A DNA stretch of 64,000 bases from Candidatus Krumholzibacteriota bacterium. Lineage in GTDB: Bacteria > Krumholzibacteriota > Krumholzibacteriia > JAJRXK01. A program made the position numbers and the translations under genes. The DNA lies in contig CAVSGG010000005.1 in NCBI GenBank assembly GCA_963727455.1, positions 160,001 through 224,000 of the forward strand, in the 5' to 3' direction. The stretch's first letter is position 1; each line of letters starts with the position of its first letter. The notes below the pieces were generated by a model. It was not told the origin of the DNA and searched no databases. It was given only the letters and a program-made list of their open reading frames with translations. Shown here piece after piece: positions 1 to 10,099 of the stretch.

Positions 1-2
1 AT

Positions 3-491
3 TGGTCGATCTTCGAAGAGGACTACTGGGCCATCAACAGTATCCTCTCCGACTTGCTCAAGAGCAGCAATTCGCGTTCGACGCTTCTCATCGACCGCAC
101 GGGACAACTCATCAGCAAGGTGGGCATGCCGCCGGACTTCGACATGATGTCCTTTGCCAGTCTCTGCGCGGCGGATTTTGAAGCGAACAACCAACTCGCC
201 CAACTCATCGGAGAGAAGGACTTCTCCACCCTGTACCACCAGGGTGCCGAGGAGAGTATGTATCTGAGCAAGATCGTGCGGGACGTGATTCTCGTGGTTC
301 TCTTCGACAAGAGCACGACACTTGGCCTGGTGCGGCTGAGAGTCAAGCGGGCGGTGGGCGAACTCTCGACCATCGTCGAGAGCTTGTTTCAAAAACTCGA
401 GTATCGCAACGAAGAGTACGACAAACCGCTTGTGGATGACGAGTTCACCAAGGAAATCGAGGCTGAGATCGATAGCCTCTTTGCAGACTAG
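3..491 (+). CDS. mglB: MglB roadblock/LC7-domain GTPase-activating protein (5' end cut by window edge)
   Basis: Frame is open from position 3 (WSIFEEDYWAIN...); motifs LLIDRTGQLI, FASLCAADF, F..LYHQG and TTLGLVRL; directly upstream of mglA. Confidence 0.9.
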   Translation, partial: WSIFEEDYWAINSILSDLLKSSNSRSTLLIDRTGQLISKVGMPPDFDMMSFASLCAADFEANNQLAQLIGEKDFSTLYHQGAEESMYLSKIVRDVILVVLFDKSTTLGLVRLRVKRAVGELSTIVESLFQKLEYRNEEYDKPLVDDEFTKEIEAEIDSLFAD

Positions 492-512
492 AGCCAGCCA
501 GGGGAAGAATCC

Positions 513-1091
513 GTGTCGCTGATCAACTACAGCTCTCGCGAGATCAACTGCAAAATCGTGTACTACGGTCCTGGTCTGGGCGGGAAGACCACGAACATCC
601 AGTACGTCTACGACAAGGTGTCGCCGGACACCAAAGGAAAGCTCGTGACTCTGGCGACCGAGATGGATCGTACGCTGTTCTTCGACTTTTTGCCACTCGA
701 GCTCGGAACCGTGAAGGGCTTCAAGACCCGCTTTCACCTCTATACGGTGCCAGGTCAGGTGTATTACAACGCATCGCGCAAACTCATCCTGCGCGGTGTT
801 GACGGAATCGTCTTCGTGGCCGACAGCGACGAGAATCGCATCGATGCGAACATCGAGTGCCTGTACAACCTTCACGAGAACCTGGCGGAGCACAACTTGA
901 AGCTCGAGGAGCTTCCCTTCGTCATTCAATGGAACAAACGCGATCTACCGAACGCGCTTCCCGTGGAAAATCTCCAGGAAGAGCTGAATCCGGAAAAGCA
1001 CGCCGCCTTCGAGGCGATCGCAGTCAAGGGTCAGGGAGTTTTCGAGACTTTGAAACAGGTTTCCAAGATGGTGCTGCACAAGCTCAACTGA
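513..1091 (+). CDS. mglA: MglA Ras-like small GTPase
   Basis: [37 protein letters not shown] and NKRDL motifs; GTG start. Confidence 0.95.
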   Translation: MSLINYSSREINCKIVYYGPGLGGKTTNIQYVYDKVSPDTKGKLVTLATEMDRTLFFDFLPLELGTVKGFKTRFHLYTVPGQVYYNASRKLILRGVDGIVFVADSDENRIDANIECLYNLHENLAEHNLKLEELPFVIQWNKRDLPNALPVENLQEELNPEKHAAFEAIAVKGQGVFETLKQVSKMVLHKLN

Positions 1092-1138
1092 GAGCTTCGA
1101 CCCAGACGGGTCCATTGGTTACCATCCGGTTCCGGGCG

Positions 1139-1193
1139 AGGCGTCCCTCTACCTTGGCCATATGGCGAAGGGAGTAGAGGGGCGCCTTTTTTT
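1139..1193 (+). terminator. Rho-independent terminator after mglA, between convergent genes
   Basis: AGGCGTCCCTCTAC (1139-1152) pairs with GTAGAGGGGCGCCT (1174-1187), followed by a T7 run (1187-1193). Confidence 0.8.
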
Positions 1194-1204
1194 GTGGCCG
1201 GGGA

Positions 1205-3283
1205 TCACTCTCCGCGGCTGACGTGCCGCGTCCAGATGCGGTACTGCGAAGTCTCCGCCTGCACCTCCACGAATCCGCAACGGTAACTCGAGGAAAACTC
1301 GTGGCTGGTTGCTTCGCCGAAGTTCTTTACGCACCAACCGTCGATCATGCCGCGATACGAGTTGAAACAGATGATTTCCGGGTGACGCAAGTTTTCACCG
1401 GAGTGGGTTACGAAACCTGCAAGCGAACGCCGGAACTTCACCTCATCGGGATCGACGCGCTCCGACAAGTAGCATTGGTAGTGAAAGCGCGGGAAGAGAG
1501 GATAGACCGGCTTGCGAAATGTGGGCACCCAAGCTGAGACATCCACCGGAGCGATCACCTTCGCGCCGGGCTCGACGTTTTGCACCAGTGTTCGCGCAGC
1601 ACTGTAGGCCTCAAGCGGAGCCTTCACCCGTGGCGGCCAATAAAACGCAGTTCCGTTGCTTGGCGCAAAGGTTGTTCTACCCACGTTCGTCACGAGTAAC
1701 CAGATGGCGAAGACGGCAGTCGCCGCCCAGGAAAGCGCTCGCTTCGATTTCAGCAACACGAGCGGAGCACAGAGGCCAACCGCGATAAAGTGGGGCAGAG
1801 GAACGGCCCAAAACGCACGAAACCATACATCCTGGCTCTGTGGTGTCTTCGCGAAGAGCTGTACGGCGATCGAATTGAAGGAAAAGAGGAAGAAGGCCAA
1901 GGGGATGAGCACCATCATGCGTGCCATGCGGCGGTCGCGCGGGACACTCCACGCGCTGAACATGAAGAAGAACGCGAGCAATCGCATGCGGCCCTGACCG
2001 AGGACCAACTTGATGCCCTTGTCCAGGACCTGCGACTGATCGAGCAAAAAGTTGCCAGGCGGGCAGGCTTTCAGCAGCGCATCCGAAGCGGCGTGAGTGG
2101 GTCCCGCCAGCACTCCGAGCATGAGCAGCGGATAGGCGGAAGCGAGCAAGCCCAGGAAAATCCAGCGATCGAGTCGGCGGTCCCAGGAGGCGAGAATGGT
2201 GAGCCAGGCCACGGCCGGTGCCAAAAGCACGGCCGAGAAGTTCATTCCCACCGCCATCACCTGGGTGGCGAAAAGCAGAAAGGCGTTCCCCTTGGTCGGT
2301 CTTTGCGTGTAGCGCAGGGCGTAGGCCGCAATGAGGGGGATGGCCAGGGTCACCAGCGCGCTCTTGCCCTGTTGCATGCGGACGAACGCGAAGTTGCCGT
2401 AGGAGGAGTGCGTCTCGCCCATGCAAAGAATCACCACGATCGAGAGCACGGTGGCGCCCAGCCAGTGGCGTGGCAGGAGCCTCTTCAGGAAAAGGGCGAT
2501 GGCGAAGGGAGTCAGGAACGCCACGAAAGCCGCGAGGACCCAGTGCAGGGAGAGAATCGGGGCCAGGCCGCAGATGCGACTGATTGCCGCCGCCAGCGGT
2601 TCCCAGGAGTGAATGCGGTATCCGGGCAGCACGATGGGCTGGTCGGGGATCCCGAAGATGCCGTCGTGCTGGAGGAATGCGGCCTGCGGCTGTTCGACCG
2701 CACGAGCCGCAACGTTCACATAGAAACAGTCATCTGCATCGGGGCGATGCGCTGCCAAGGTGAACACGACCAGAGCAAGCGCGAGGAACAGAAGCAGGAA
2801 CTCGCCTCGCTCGTCCGACTTCGCGGCCGCGCGCGGCCTACGATAGGTGGAGATGAGTGCACCCAGGAGAAAAACGATTCCCGCCAGGGCCAGCAGGTTC
2901 GGATCCTGGTGAACGGCGAAGATCAAGACGACACCCGACGCTCCGAGCGCGGCGCAGAGCATCCGGAAAGAATCGGAGGCGAAGATCCGGCGGACTTTGC
3001 CGGAAGGGGGGGCGGGAGAGACGACAGGGACCTCGCTCTCTACCAACCAACTCAAAATGGGCGCATGCGAACGATGTCGCAGGAAGGCGACAACCGCCAA
3101 TGCCACGAGGCACACGAAAAAAAGCCCGAGCAAAAGATCGAGCGAGAATTTCCACCAAACGCATAGGTTGCAGAGGACAGTCCATAGAGCGAGCAATACC
3201 ACGACCACTCCGCAGATTCTCTCGGCCATACCTTTCAGCTTCATGCGTCCTGTCCCCGCGAGAGCCCGAAGTTCTTGCCCCAT
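1205..3283 (-). CDS. Polytopic membrane protein, DUF6077-like, probable GT-C-fold glycosyltransferase
   Basis: Many hydrophobic segments; periplasmic-loop motif PDADDCFY and RMQQGKS motif. Start is uncertain (3283 or 3244); the ORF-track start 3505 overlaps pgpA. Confidence 0.65.
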   Translation of the reverse strand: MGQELRALAGTGRMKLKGMAERICGVVVVLLALWTVLCNLCVWWKFSLDLLLGLFFVCLVALAVVAFLRHRSHAPILSWLVESEVPVVSPAPPSGKVRRIFASDSFRMLCAALGASGVVLIFAVHQDPNLLALAGIVFLLGALISTYRRPRAAAKSDERGEFLLLFLALALVVFTLAAHRPDADDCFYVNVAARAVEQPQAAFLQHDGIFGIPDQPIVLPGYRIHSWEPLAAAISRICGLAPILSLHWVLAAFVAFLTPFAIALFLKRLLPRHWLGATVLSIVVILCMGETHSSYGNFAFVRMQQGKSALVTLAIPLIAAYALRYTQRPTKGNAFLLFATQVMAVGMNFSAVLLAPAVAWLTILASWDRRLDRWIFLGLLASAYPLLMLGVLAGPTHAASDALLKACPPGNFLLDQSQVLDKGIKLVLGQGRMRLLAFFFMFSAWSVPRDRRMARMMVLIPLAFFLFSFNSIAVQLFAKTPQSQDVWFRAFWAVPLPHFIAVGLCAPLVLLKSKRALSWAATAVFAIWLLVTNVGRTTFAPSNGTAFYWPPRVKAPLEAYSAARTLVQNVEPGAKVIAPVDVSAWVPTFRKPVYPLFPRFHYQCYLSERVDPDEVKFRRSLAGFVTHSGENLRHPEIICFNSYRGMIDGWCVKNFGEATSHEFSSSYRCGFVEVQAETSQYRIWTRHVSRGE

Positions 3284-3335
3284 AGCCAGTATTATCCAAG
3301 TCGTGGCCGGAGCGGCAAGGAGAAGCTTCGTGATC

Positions 3336-3364
3336 TTGACCCCGAAAGCGCTCCAGCCTACCCT
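3336..3364 (+). promoter_or_regulatory. Putative sigma70 promoter of the pgpA operon (leaderless transcript)
   Basis: TTGACC-17 nt-TACCCT, 6 nt before ATG 3371, with no SD sequence. Confidence 0.55.
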
Positions 3365-3370
3365 GCCCCC

Positions 3371-3817
3371 ATGAAACACCTCTTCGGCCGCATCTTCGGG
3401 ACTTTCTTCGGCGTGGGCTTCGTGCCCGTCGTGCCTGCCACCTGGACCAGTCTGGTGGTCGCGCTTCTCTTCCTCCTGCTGCCCCTGAACGATCTTCGCC
3501 TCCAATCCCTCTTCGTGCTGCTCGCTCTAGTGACCGGGATTCCCGCCTGCGGCTATCTGGAAGAGGAGTACGGCCGGGATCCGAAGCAGGCCACGATGGA
3601 CGAAGCGGCGGGGATGGCAATCTCCCTGCTCGCGGTTCCCTTGAATCCGCTCAACGTCTTCGTGGCGTTTCTACTCTTTCGCGTCTTCGACGTGCTCAAG
3701 CCACAGCCTGCCCGTTGGGCGGAGTCGCTCCCGGGCGGGGTGGGGATCATGGCCGACGACCTCATCGCGGGAATTTACGCGCGGGCTGCGATGGCGGTGT
3801 TCTTATGGCTACTATGA
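3371..3817 (+). CDS. pgpA: Phosphatidylglycerophosphatase A
   Basis: FFGVGF..PATWTS, DP...MDE..G, FRVFDVLKP and G.MADDLIAG motifs; usual position upstream of cinA. Confidence 0.9.
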   Translation: MKHLFGRIFGTFFGVGFVPVVPATWTSLVVALLFLLLPLNDLRLQSLFVLLALVTGIPACGYLEEEYGRDPKQATMDEAAGMAISLLAVPLNPLNVFVAFLLFRVFDVLKPQPARWAESLPGGVGIMADDLIAGIYARAAMAVFLWLL

Positions 3818-5073
3818 GTCGAAGGAAGGCCGTGAGTTTGATCATGGTCGGCGATGAGATCCTCGACGGCCGGACGGTAGAGAGCAACTCTCGCTATCTC
3901 ATCGAGCGGCTCAGGCGACACCGGGCACGCGTCGCTTCCATCCGCGTCGTTCCCGATCGGCACGAGGCGATCGTCGGAGCGATGAGCGCTGCGCACTCGG
4001 AATCCATGGCGGTTGTCGTCAGCGGCGGACTGGGCCCCACTCCCGATGATCGCACGCGCGAAGCACTCGCCGCGTTCGTGGACGAGGAGTTGCTGCTCGA
4101 CGAAGAACTCGCGGAAGATTTGCGGCAGAGATACCGGCAGCGAAACCGTCCCATGCCGGAGAGTAATCTGCGCCAGGCGATGAGAACGCCGCATGGACGT
4201 CCCATCGAAAATCCGCGTGGCACCGCTCCCGGTCTCTTCCACCTCTGTGAGGGCGTTCCGATCATCCTGCTTCCCGGAGTGCCCGCCGAATTGAGGTCGA
4301 TGTGGGAGGCCACCGCCGAAAATATCGTACTTCCTCTAGTGGAAAACTCCGCGCCCGGGACCTTGCGCCTGCGCAGCGCAGGTTTGCCCGAGTCAAAGGC
4401 AGCCGATTTGGCGAAGGGGGTAGAGCTCGACCCCTCTCTCGTCGAGTTATCGTTCTGCGTTACGCGATTTGGCGTCGATCTTCTGCTCACGAGCCGGCAG
4501 GAGTCGGTCGATCTGCCGAGGCTCGCTCAGCCCCTACTAAAAGTCCTCGGCGAATATGTGTTCACCGTCGGTGAGCGGGGTCTGGACGAAGTGGTCAGTG
4601 AAATGCTTGCCGAGAGGGGCGAAACCGTGGCGGTGGCCGAGTCGTGTACCGGTGGGCTGTTGGGCGCAGCGTTGAGTGAGTGTCCGGGAAGCAGTCGCAG
4701 TTACTTGGGTGGAATCGTGGCGTACTCGAATCGGGTCAAGGAAGCGCAGCTAGGCGTGAGTTCTCAGCTACTGTTCGAGCACGGCGCAGTCAGCGAGGAA
4801 GTCGCTCGCGCCATGGCAAAAGGGGTGCGCGGTCTCCTCGGTTCGAGTTGGGCGCTCGCGGTCACCGGCATAGCCGGCCCGGAGGGTGACACCAGCGGCA
4901 AGCCGGTGGGCACGGTGCACATCGCTTTGGAAGGAGTTGGCCACTCCGAGGCCCGGCTGCTTCATCTGCCCGGAAATCGCGCGCAGAATCGGCAGTGGAG
5001 CGTAGCCGCCGCGCTTGAGCTTCTGCGGCGGAGCATGCGCGATTCGAAGCCGAGTCGATCGAGCCAGCGATGA
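3814..5073 (+). CDS. cinA: CinA (MoCF-like domain plus NMN deamidase/PncC domain)
   Basis: GDEILDG, GGLGPTPDDRT, NPRGTAPG, VAESCTGG, GAVSEEVA and TGIAGP motifs; ATGA overlap with pgpA. Confidence 0.93.
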   Translation: MSRRKAVSLIMVGDEILDGRTVESNSRYLIERLRRHRARVASIRVVPDRHEAIVGAMSAAHSESMAVVVSGGLGPTPDDRTREALAAFVDEELLLDEELAEDLRQRYRQRNRPMPESNLRQAMRTPHGRPIENPRGTAPGLFHLCEGVPIILLPGVPAELRSMWEATAENIVLPLVENSAPGTLRLRSAGLPESKAADLAKGVELDPSLVELSFCVTRFGVDLLLTSRQESVDLPRLAQPLLKVLGEYVFTVGERGLDEVVSEMLAERGETVAVAESCTGGLLGAALSECPGSSRSYLGGIVAYSNRVKEAQLGVSSQLLFEHGAVSEEVARAMAKGVRGLLGSSWALAVTGIAGPEGDTSGKPVGTVHIALEGVGHSEARLLHLPGNRAQNRQWSVAAALELLRRSMRDSKPSRSSQR

Positions 5074-5631
5074 GGCTCTTCTTGGCCGTTCTGCCTCCAC
5101 AGCGGATTCGCCGCGAGGTGGCGCTGGCCGTCGCCGATTTCGCCCGACGCGGCTTCGGCCGTTTCGTGTCCGAGCTAAACCTCCACCTGAGCCTGCAATT
5201 CTTGGGGGAAACGCCGTCCGACGCGGTGCCCGCCATCCAGGAGGCAACGGAGAGCTGTCTGCGCCGGCCTTTCATCGATCTCGAGTGGGGAGGCATGGGA
5301 GTTTTTCCCAAGTTCGCGCGTGCCAGGGTTGCCTACCTGAAGGTCCGCTCCGAGGCCGACCAACTCCTCTCTGGCGAAGGAGCTGAAGGGGAGTCTCCGG
5401 CGCGCGCTCCCGGACAAACCGGAGCTGGAGGACCAACGCCCCTTCCGCGCCCATCTCACCCTGGCCAGATTCAAGCAGCCTCCCGCGCTCTCGGCCCTGG
5501 AGGAACTCGAGCGGGAATTGGCGCCGCTCTCCTGGCGCAGCACCCTCGACGCAGTCGTTCTGGTACGGAGCGTTCTGACGCCGCAGGGGGCGCGCCACAC
5601 GGTACTCTCCGAGCATCCACTGAAGGGCTGA
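5070..5631 (+). pseudogene. thpR: RNA 2',3'-cyclic phosphodiesterase ThpR (2'-5' RNA ligase family), frameshifted near 5364-5372
   Basis: N-terminal MRLFLA and HLSL motif lie in one frame; the second motif RPFRAHLTLARF, then RSVLTPQGARH and TGA 5629-5631, lie in another frame. Could be a sequencing error. Confidence 0.85.
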
Positions 5632-5651
5632 ATTTGCGCCGTCCCGCCGCC

Positions 5652-5680
5652 TTGCGTCCGGCAGTGACGCGTGCTACAGT
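5652..5680 (+). promoter_or_regulatory. Putative recA promoter
   Basis: TTGCGT-17 nt-TACAGT with an extended TG. Confidence 0.45.
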
Positions 5681-5781
5681 GCCGCTTGCGGCGTCGATCC
5701 GGGCTACCCCACGGGCTCGGTCTCTCTTTGATCAATCCTCCCGAGAGATGTACATCCAGCTTCCACCAGGAAGGGAAATTC

Positions 5782-6888
5782 ATGGCTAAGGACCCAAGAG
5801 ACGACCGCCTCCAAGCACTGGAACTCACTCGCGCGCAAATCGAAAAGCAATACGGCAAAGGCGCACTGATGCGCCTCGGAGACGAAGGTGCCGTCGAGGA
5901 CGTCATTCCCATTTCCACGGGAAGCGTGGCCCTCGACATCGCGATCGGCATCGGAGGCCTACCCCGGGGACGGGTCAGCGAGGTCTACGGTCCCGAAGGG
6001 AGCGGCAAGACGACCCTCTGTCTGTCGGTCATTGCCAACGCGCAACGCGAGGGCGGAATGGCGGCGTTCATCGACGCCGAACACGCGATGGATCCCATCT
6101 ATGCCCGGCGCTTGGGCGTGGACATCGACAATCTGCTCGTCAGCCAACCCGACACCGGGGAGCAGGCCCTGGAAATCGCCGAGATGCTCGTGCGTAGTGG
6201 GGCCCTTGACGTCATCGTGATCGACTCGGTCGCGGCCCTGGTGCCGCGCGCGGAGATCGAGGGCGAGATGGGGGACCAGCATGTGGGTCTGCAGGCTCGG
6301 CTCATGAGTCAAGCCCTGCGCAAACTCACCGGCGCGATCAAGAAGACGAATACCATGGTGATTTTCACCAACCAGATTCGCATGAAAATCGGGGTCATGT
6401 TCGGAAATCCCGAGACGACCTCCGGCGGCAACGCTCTCAAGTTCTACGCTTCCGTGCGATTGGACATTCGCCGCATCGGCGGCATCACCGAAGGCGACAA
6501 GGTCACGGGGAATCGCGTTCGCGTGAAAGTCGTGAAGAACAAGGTGGCACCCCCGTTCAAGAAATGTGAGTTCGACATTCTCTACAACGAGGGAATCTCC
6601 TTCGAGGGAGATCTGATCGATCTGGGTGTCGAGGGGGACGTGATCAAGAAGAGCGGCGCGTGGTTCAGCTACGGCGAAGAGAGGTTGGGACAAGGACGTG
6701 AAAACGTGCGCCTCTTCCTCAAAGAGAACATGGACTTGCGCGACAGAATTCAAAACGACGTGTTCACGCACTACGGAATCCCCTTGCCTAAGGGCAGGCA
6801 AGAGAAGCCCGCGGAACAGGAGCCCCCGAAGGCAGCAGCTGAGACTTCTCGGGCCAAGAGCCGCAAGGCCAAGAGCACCGCGGCGTGA
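5782..6888 (+). CDS. recA: Recombinase RecA
   Basis: [29 protein letters not shown] and FGNPETT.GG.ALKFY motifs; SD AGGAAGGG before ATG 5782. Confidence 0.99.
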   Translation: MAKDPRDDRLQALELTRAQIEKQYGKGALMRLGDEGAVEDVIPISTGSVALDIAIGIGGLPRGRVSEVYGPEGSGKTTLCLSVIANAQREGGMAAFIDAEHAMDPIYARRLGVDIDNLLVSQPDTGEQALEIAEMLVRSGALDVIVIDSVAALVPRAEIEGEMGDQHVGLQARLMSQALRKLTGAIKKTNTMVIFTNQIRMKIGVMFGNPETTSGGNALKFYASVRLDIRRIGGITEGDKVTGNRVRVKVVKNKVAPPFKKCEFDILYNEGISFEGDLIDLGVEGDVIKKSGAWFSYGEERLGQGRENVRLFLKENMDLRDRIQNDVFTHYGIPLPKGRQEKPAEQEPPKAAAETSRAKSRKAKSTAA

Positions 6889-7544
6889 ACCGGGCCGAGC
6901 CAGAGATCGAACTCACCGGCTGGGAGGAAGACGCCCAGGCGGGTACGATCACTATCCACACGAGCGACGGGGCCACCTACGAAGTGGCCCCGTCGGCGCA
7001 TGAACTTCAGGGATTGAGTGTCGGGAAGCGTCTTACCAGCGAGGTGGTTTACGGCCTCGAATTCGCGGCCGCGCGCAAACGCGTCGCCAAGGCAGCCCTG
7101 AAACTATTGGACCGGCGGTTCTACAGCTCCTCTCGTCTGCGAAGCCGACTCTGTCAGAAAGACTTTCCCCATGAAGCGGTAGACGCGGTTCTGCAGCAAC
7201 TCGCGGAGCAGGGACTACTCGACGATCGCCGCTTCGCCGAGTCTTGGTGTCGTGACCAGCTTGCCCGGAAGCCGGTGGGTCCGCGTTGGCTTCGAAGCGG
7301 ACTTCACGACCAAGGCGTTACTTCTGAAGCCATTGACATCGTACTCGATTCTCTCTTTCCCGAAGGCCGGGAAAGGGAGGCCTGCGCCGAGGCTCTGGCG
7401 AGCCGCCACTACTCTCTCAATGACGACAAAGGCAAGGCGCGGGCCATACGCTTTCTGAACAGTCGGGGTTTCTCCCCATCGCTGGCCCGGGAGCTGGTCT
7501 TCGAATCCTCCCAGGGCTTTGGGGCTCGGGAGGAAGATGCGTGA
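6885..7544 (+). CDS. recX: Regulatory protein RecX with N-terminal extension
   Basis: [19 protein letters not shown]...GV and RFL.SRGF motifs; overlaps the recA stop. Confidence 0.88.
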   Translation: MNRAEPEIELTGWEEDAQAGTITIHTSDGATYEVAPSAHELQGLSVGKRLTSEVVYGLEFAAARKRVAKAALKLLDRRFYSSSRLRSRLCQKDFPHEAVDAVLQQLAEQGLLDDRRFAESWCRDQLARKPVGPRWLRSGLHDQGVTSEAIDIVLDSLFPEGREREACAEALASRHYSLNDDKGKARAIRFLNSRGFSPSLARELVFESSQGFGAREEDA

Positions 7545-8713
7545 ACACGGCCGCAGAGTCGCTGCCGAAGAACCTCAGGGTGGCCCTGGTTCACGACTGG
7601 CTCAACGGGTACCGTGGTGGCGAGAAAGTTCTTCACGCCCTGTGCAAGATTTTCCCCTGCGCTGAGCTCTTCACGCTCTTCTACCTGCCGGGCTCCAGTC
7701 ATCCGGAGATCGAAGCGCGGCCAATCCACGCTTCCTGGATGAATAGTCTGCCGGGGATTCAGACGCGGTACCGCTATCTCCTGCCTCTGTTTCCCGCCTG
7801 GATCGATCACCTCGATCTGCGTCGTTTCGACCTGGTCCTGAGCACGAGCCACTGTGTGGCCAAGGGCGCGATCGCGAGGCCGGACGCTGTCCACATTTGC
7901 TACTGTCACACACCGATGCGCTACGTCTGGGATCGTTTCGACGACTACTTCGGGGCCACGCGGGGACTCAAACGAAGACTCATCGAGTGGCAGGCCGCGA
8001 GATTACGCGAATGGGATCGGCGAAGCGCTCCGCGAGTGGATCATTACCTGGCGAATTCCACCTTCGTTCGCCAGCGCATCTTGCGCTATTACTCGGTCGA
8101 CCCGGGGAGTGTGGAAGTGCTGTTTCCTCCGGTCGATCTCGCTGCGTTCCCCGCTCCCTCGCCGAAGATCGAGAGGGAGGACCGCTACCTTGTCGTCTCG
8201 GCCCTGGTTCCCTACAAACGAATCCACGACGCAGTCGAGGCCTGCGCCCTGAGTCATCGCAAGCTCACCATCGCGGGCACCGGGCCCGAGCTGCCAAAAC
8301 TGAAGGCCCTGGCCGCGCAACATGGAGCGAAGGGCGGGATCCAATTCTTGGGATTCGTCCCGGACGAGGAACTGCCGACCCTCATGGCAAAGCATCGCGC
8401 GCTCCTCTTCCCGGGGGTGGAAGATTTCGGGATCACTCCTCTCGAGGCGGCCGCATCGGGTTTGCCCGTCTTGGCCCTGGGAGAGGGAGGAGCTCTGGAT
8501 ACGGTGATCGACGGAGTGACCGGCCGTCTCTATCGTGAGCCGGGCGCCGGCGCACTGCGCGCGGCCCTCGATGCTTTCGAAGCCGAAGGTCTTTCCTACG
8601 ACGCGGGGACCATGCGCCGTCACGCCGAGAAGTTCTCCAGGGAAGGATTCCTGGAACGCCTGGAGCAACGCGTGGCTTTCGCCTACCATCGGGGTCCCGT
8701 GCGAGGGGACTGA
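7541..8713 (+). CDS. Glycosyltransferase family 4 (mannosyltransferase-like)
   Basis: VALVHDWL...RGGEKV, CYCHTPMRY.W and EDFGITPLEA motifs. Confidence 0.9.
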   Translation: MNTAAESLPKNLRVALVHDWLNGYRGGEKVLHALCKIFPCAELFTLFYLPGSSHPEIEARPIHASWMNSLPGIQTRYRYLLPLFPAWIDHLDLRRFDLVLSTSHCVAKGAIARPDAVHICYCHTPMRYVWDRFDDYFGATRGLKRRLIEWQAARLREWDRRSAPRVDHYLANSTFVRQRILRYYSVDPGSVEVLFPPVDLAAFPAPSPKIEREDRYLVVSALVPYKRIHDAVEACALSHRKLTIAGTGPELPKLKALAAQHGAKGGIQFLGFVPDEELPTLMAKHRALLFPGVEDFGITPLEAAASGLPVLALGEGGALDTVIDGVTGRLYREPGAGALRAALDAFEAEGLSYDAGTMRRHAEKFSREGFLERLEQRVAFAYHRGPVRGD

Positions 8714-8721
8714 GGTGCCAC

Positions 8722-10095
8722 ATGCTCAAGACGGGAATCGGACGGAAACGAGACTTGCTCAGGCCGACGCTCTTCCTGCTCGGAGATCTCGTCGCCCTCG
8801 AGGCCGCATTCCTCTGCAGCTACCAACTCCGTTTTCAAAGTGGATGGTTCGCCGTACCCCTCGGAGTACCGCCGTTGGGTCCGTATCTGTTGACGAGTCT
8901 GGTCCTGCTCCTCATCTGGGTGGGCATCTTTTACTCTGAAGGTCTGTACGATCCCACTCGCCGCAGTTCGTTCGAAGAGGACCTCGCGGGCCTGGGCCGG
9001 GGGGTAGTGGTAGGCAGCCTGGTGGTCTTGGCTCTGGCCTTCTTTGTACGCCAGGTGAGCTACTCCCGCACGTTCTTCGGACTTTTCTTCTGGATGAGCC
9101 TGTTCTTCCTCATTTCGGAACGGCTCCTCATCCGCACCATTCTGCGGCGTTTGTACCGAAGGGGAGTGGGCACACTTCGTGTCTTGTTGGTGGGGAACAC
9201 CAGCATGGGAAAGAGAATCGAGGAGACCTACCAGCGCTTACCCGGCCTGGGATTTCGGATATCGGGCGCGATGGATCGACTGGAACCCGAGCGGGTCGAG
9301 GCCAAGATGCTCGAATTGAACGCCGACACGGTGGTGCTTGCGCTCTCTTTTGAGGATCTACGCGCGGCGGCCGACATCGCCGAGCGGCTGGGGGGCCATC
9401 ACGTCGATGTCTTCTTCGTGCCGGACATGGACCGTCTTCGCGTCAGTCGCATGCGACTCAATGAAATTGCGGGCATTCCCTTCATCAGTCTGCGCGGCTG
9501 TGGGCTTTCCGGAATGGACAGGATCATCAAACGCACATTCGACATTCTGTCCTCGTTCTTGGCTTTATTGCTGCTCTCACCCCTTTTGCTCCTGATCGCC
9601 ATCCTGGTGAAACTGAATTCGCGGGGACCCGTGTTGTACCGGCAGGAGAGGTTGGGGCGCGACAACCGGGCTTTCGCCATGCTCAAGTTCCGCACCATGA
9701 GGGTGGACGCCGAAACGGATTCCGGACCGGTCTGGACGGTGGAAAACGACCCGCGCCGGACCTGGACCGGGCGGGTGCTCAGGCGATTCAGTCTCGACGA
9801 GCTGCCCCAGCTGTGGAATGTTCTCAAGGGCGACATGAGCATGGTGGGCCCCCGGCCGGAACGTGCGCACTTCGCGGAGGAGTTCGACCGCAAGATTCCG
9901 CGCTATCTCGAACGGCACCGGGTGAGGAGTGGGCTCACGGGTTGGGCGCAGGTGAACGGCCTCCGCGGCAACACTCCGATCGAGGACCGGACACTCTACG
10001 ATTTGCACTATGTCGAAAACTGGTCACTGGGATTCGACCTCAGGGTCTTGCTGCGCACCGTGAAGAGCGTGATCAGGGGCGAGAACGCCTACTAG
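8722..10095 (+). CDS. Undecaprenyl-phosphate glucose phosphotransferase (WcaJ/WbaP family priming enzyme)
   Basis: N-terminal TM helices plus KR.FD, KFRTM, SLDELPQLWNV..GDMS.VGPRPER and GLTGWAQVNG; catalytic DE intact. Confidence 0.92.
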   Translation: MLKTGIGRKRDLLRPTLFLLGDLVALEAAFLCSYQLRFQSGWFAVPLGVPPLGPYLLTSLVLLLIWVGIFYSEGLYDPTRRSSFEEDLAGLGRGVVVGSLVVLALAFFVRQVSYSRTFFGLFFWMSLFFLISERLLIRTILRRLYRRGVGTLRVLLVGNTSMGKRIEETYQRLPGLGFRISGAMDRLEPERVEAKMLELNADTVVLALSFEDLRAAADIAERLGGHHVDVFFVPDMDRLRVSRMRLNEIAGIPFISLRGCGLSGMDRIIKRTFDILSSFLALLLLSPLLLLIAILVKLNSRGPVLYRQERLGRDNRAFAMLKFRTMRVDAETDSGPVWTVENDPRRTWTGRVLRRFSLDELPQLWNVLKGDMSMVGPRPERAHFAEEFDRKIPRYLERHRVRSGLTGWAQVNGLRGNTPIEDRTLYDLHYVENWSLGFDLRVLLRTVKSVIRGENAY

Positions 10096-10099
10096 CGCG

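Noticed and set aside
1790-3166. 458-aa plus-strand ORF, and similar long antisense ORFs (43060-44505, 29972-31267, 31469-32701, 17061-18227, 36850-38211)
   Set aside because: Mirror frames of real genes with biased codon usage; the translations are not protein-like
5070-5789. 239-aa ThpR with a novel C-terminal extension
   Set aside because: The extension is out-of-frame sequence after the frameshift; the true C-terminus is in another frame
6780-6888. Basic Lys/Ala-rich RecA C-terminal tail as a novel domain
   Set aside because: RecA tails are highly variable low-complexity regions
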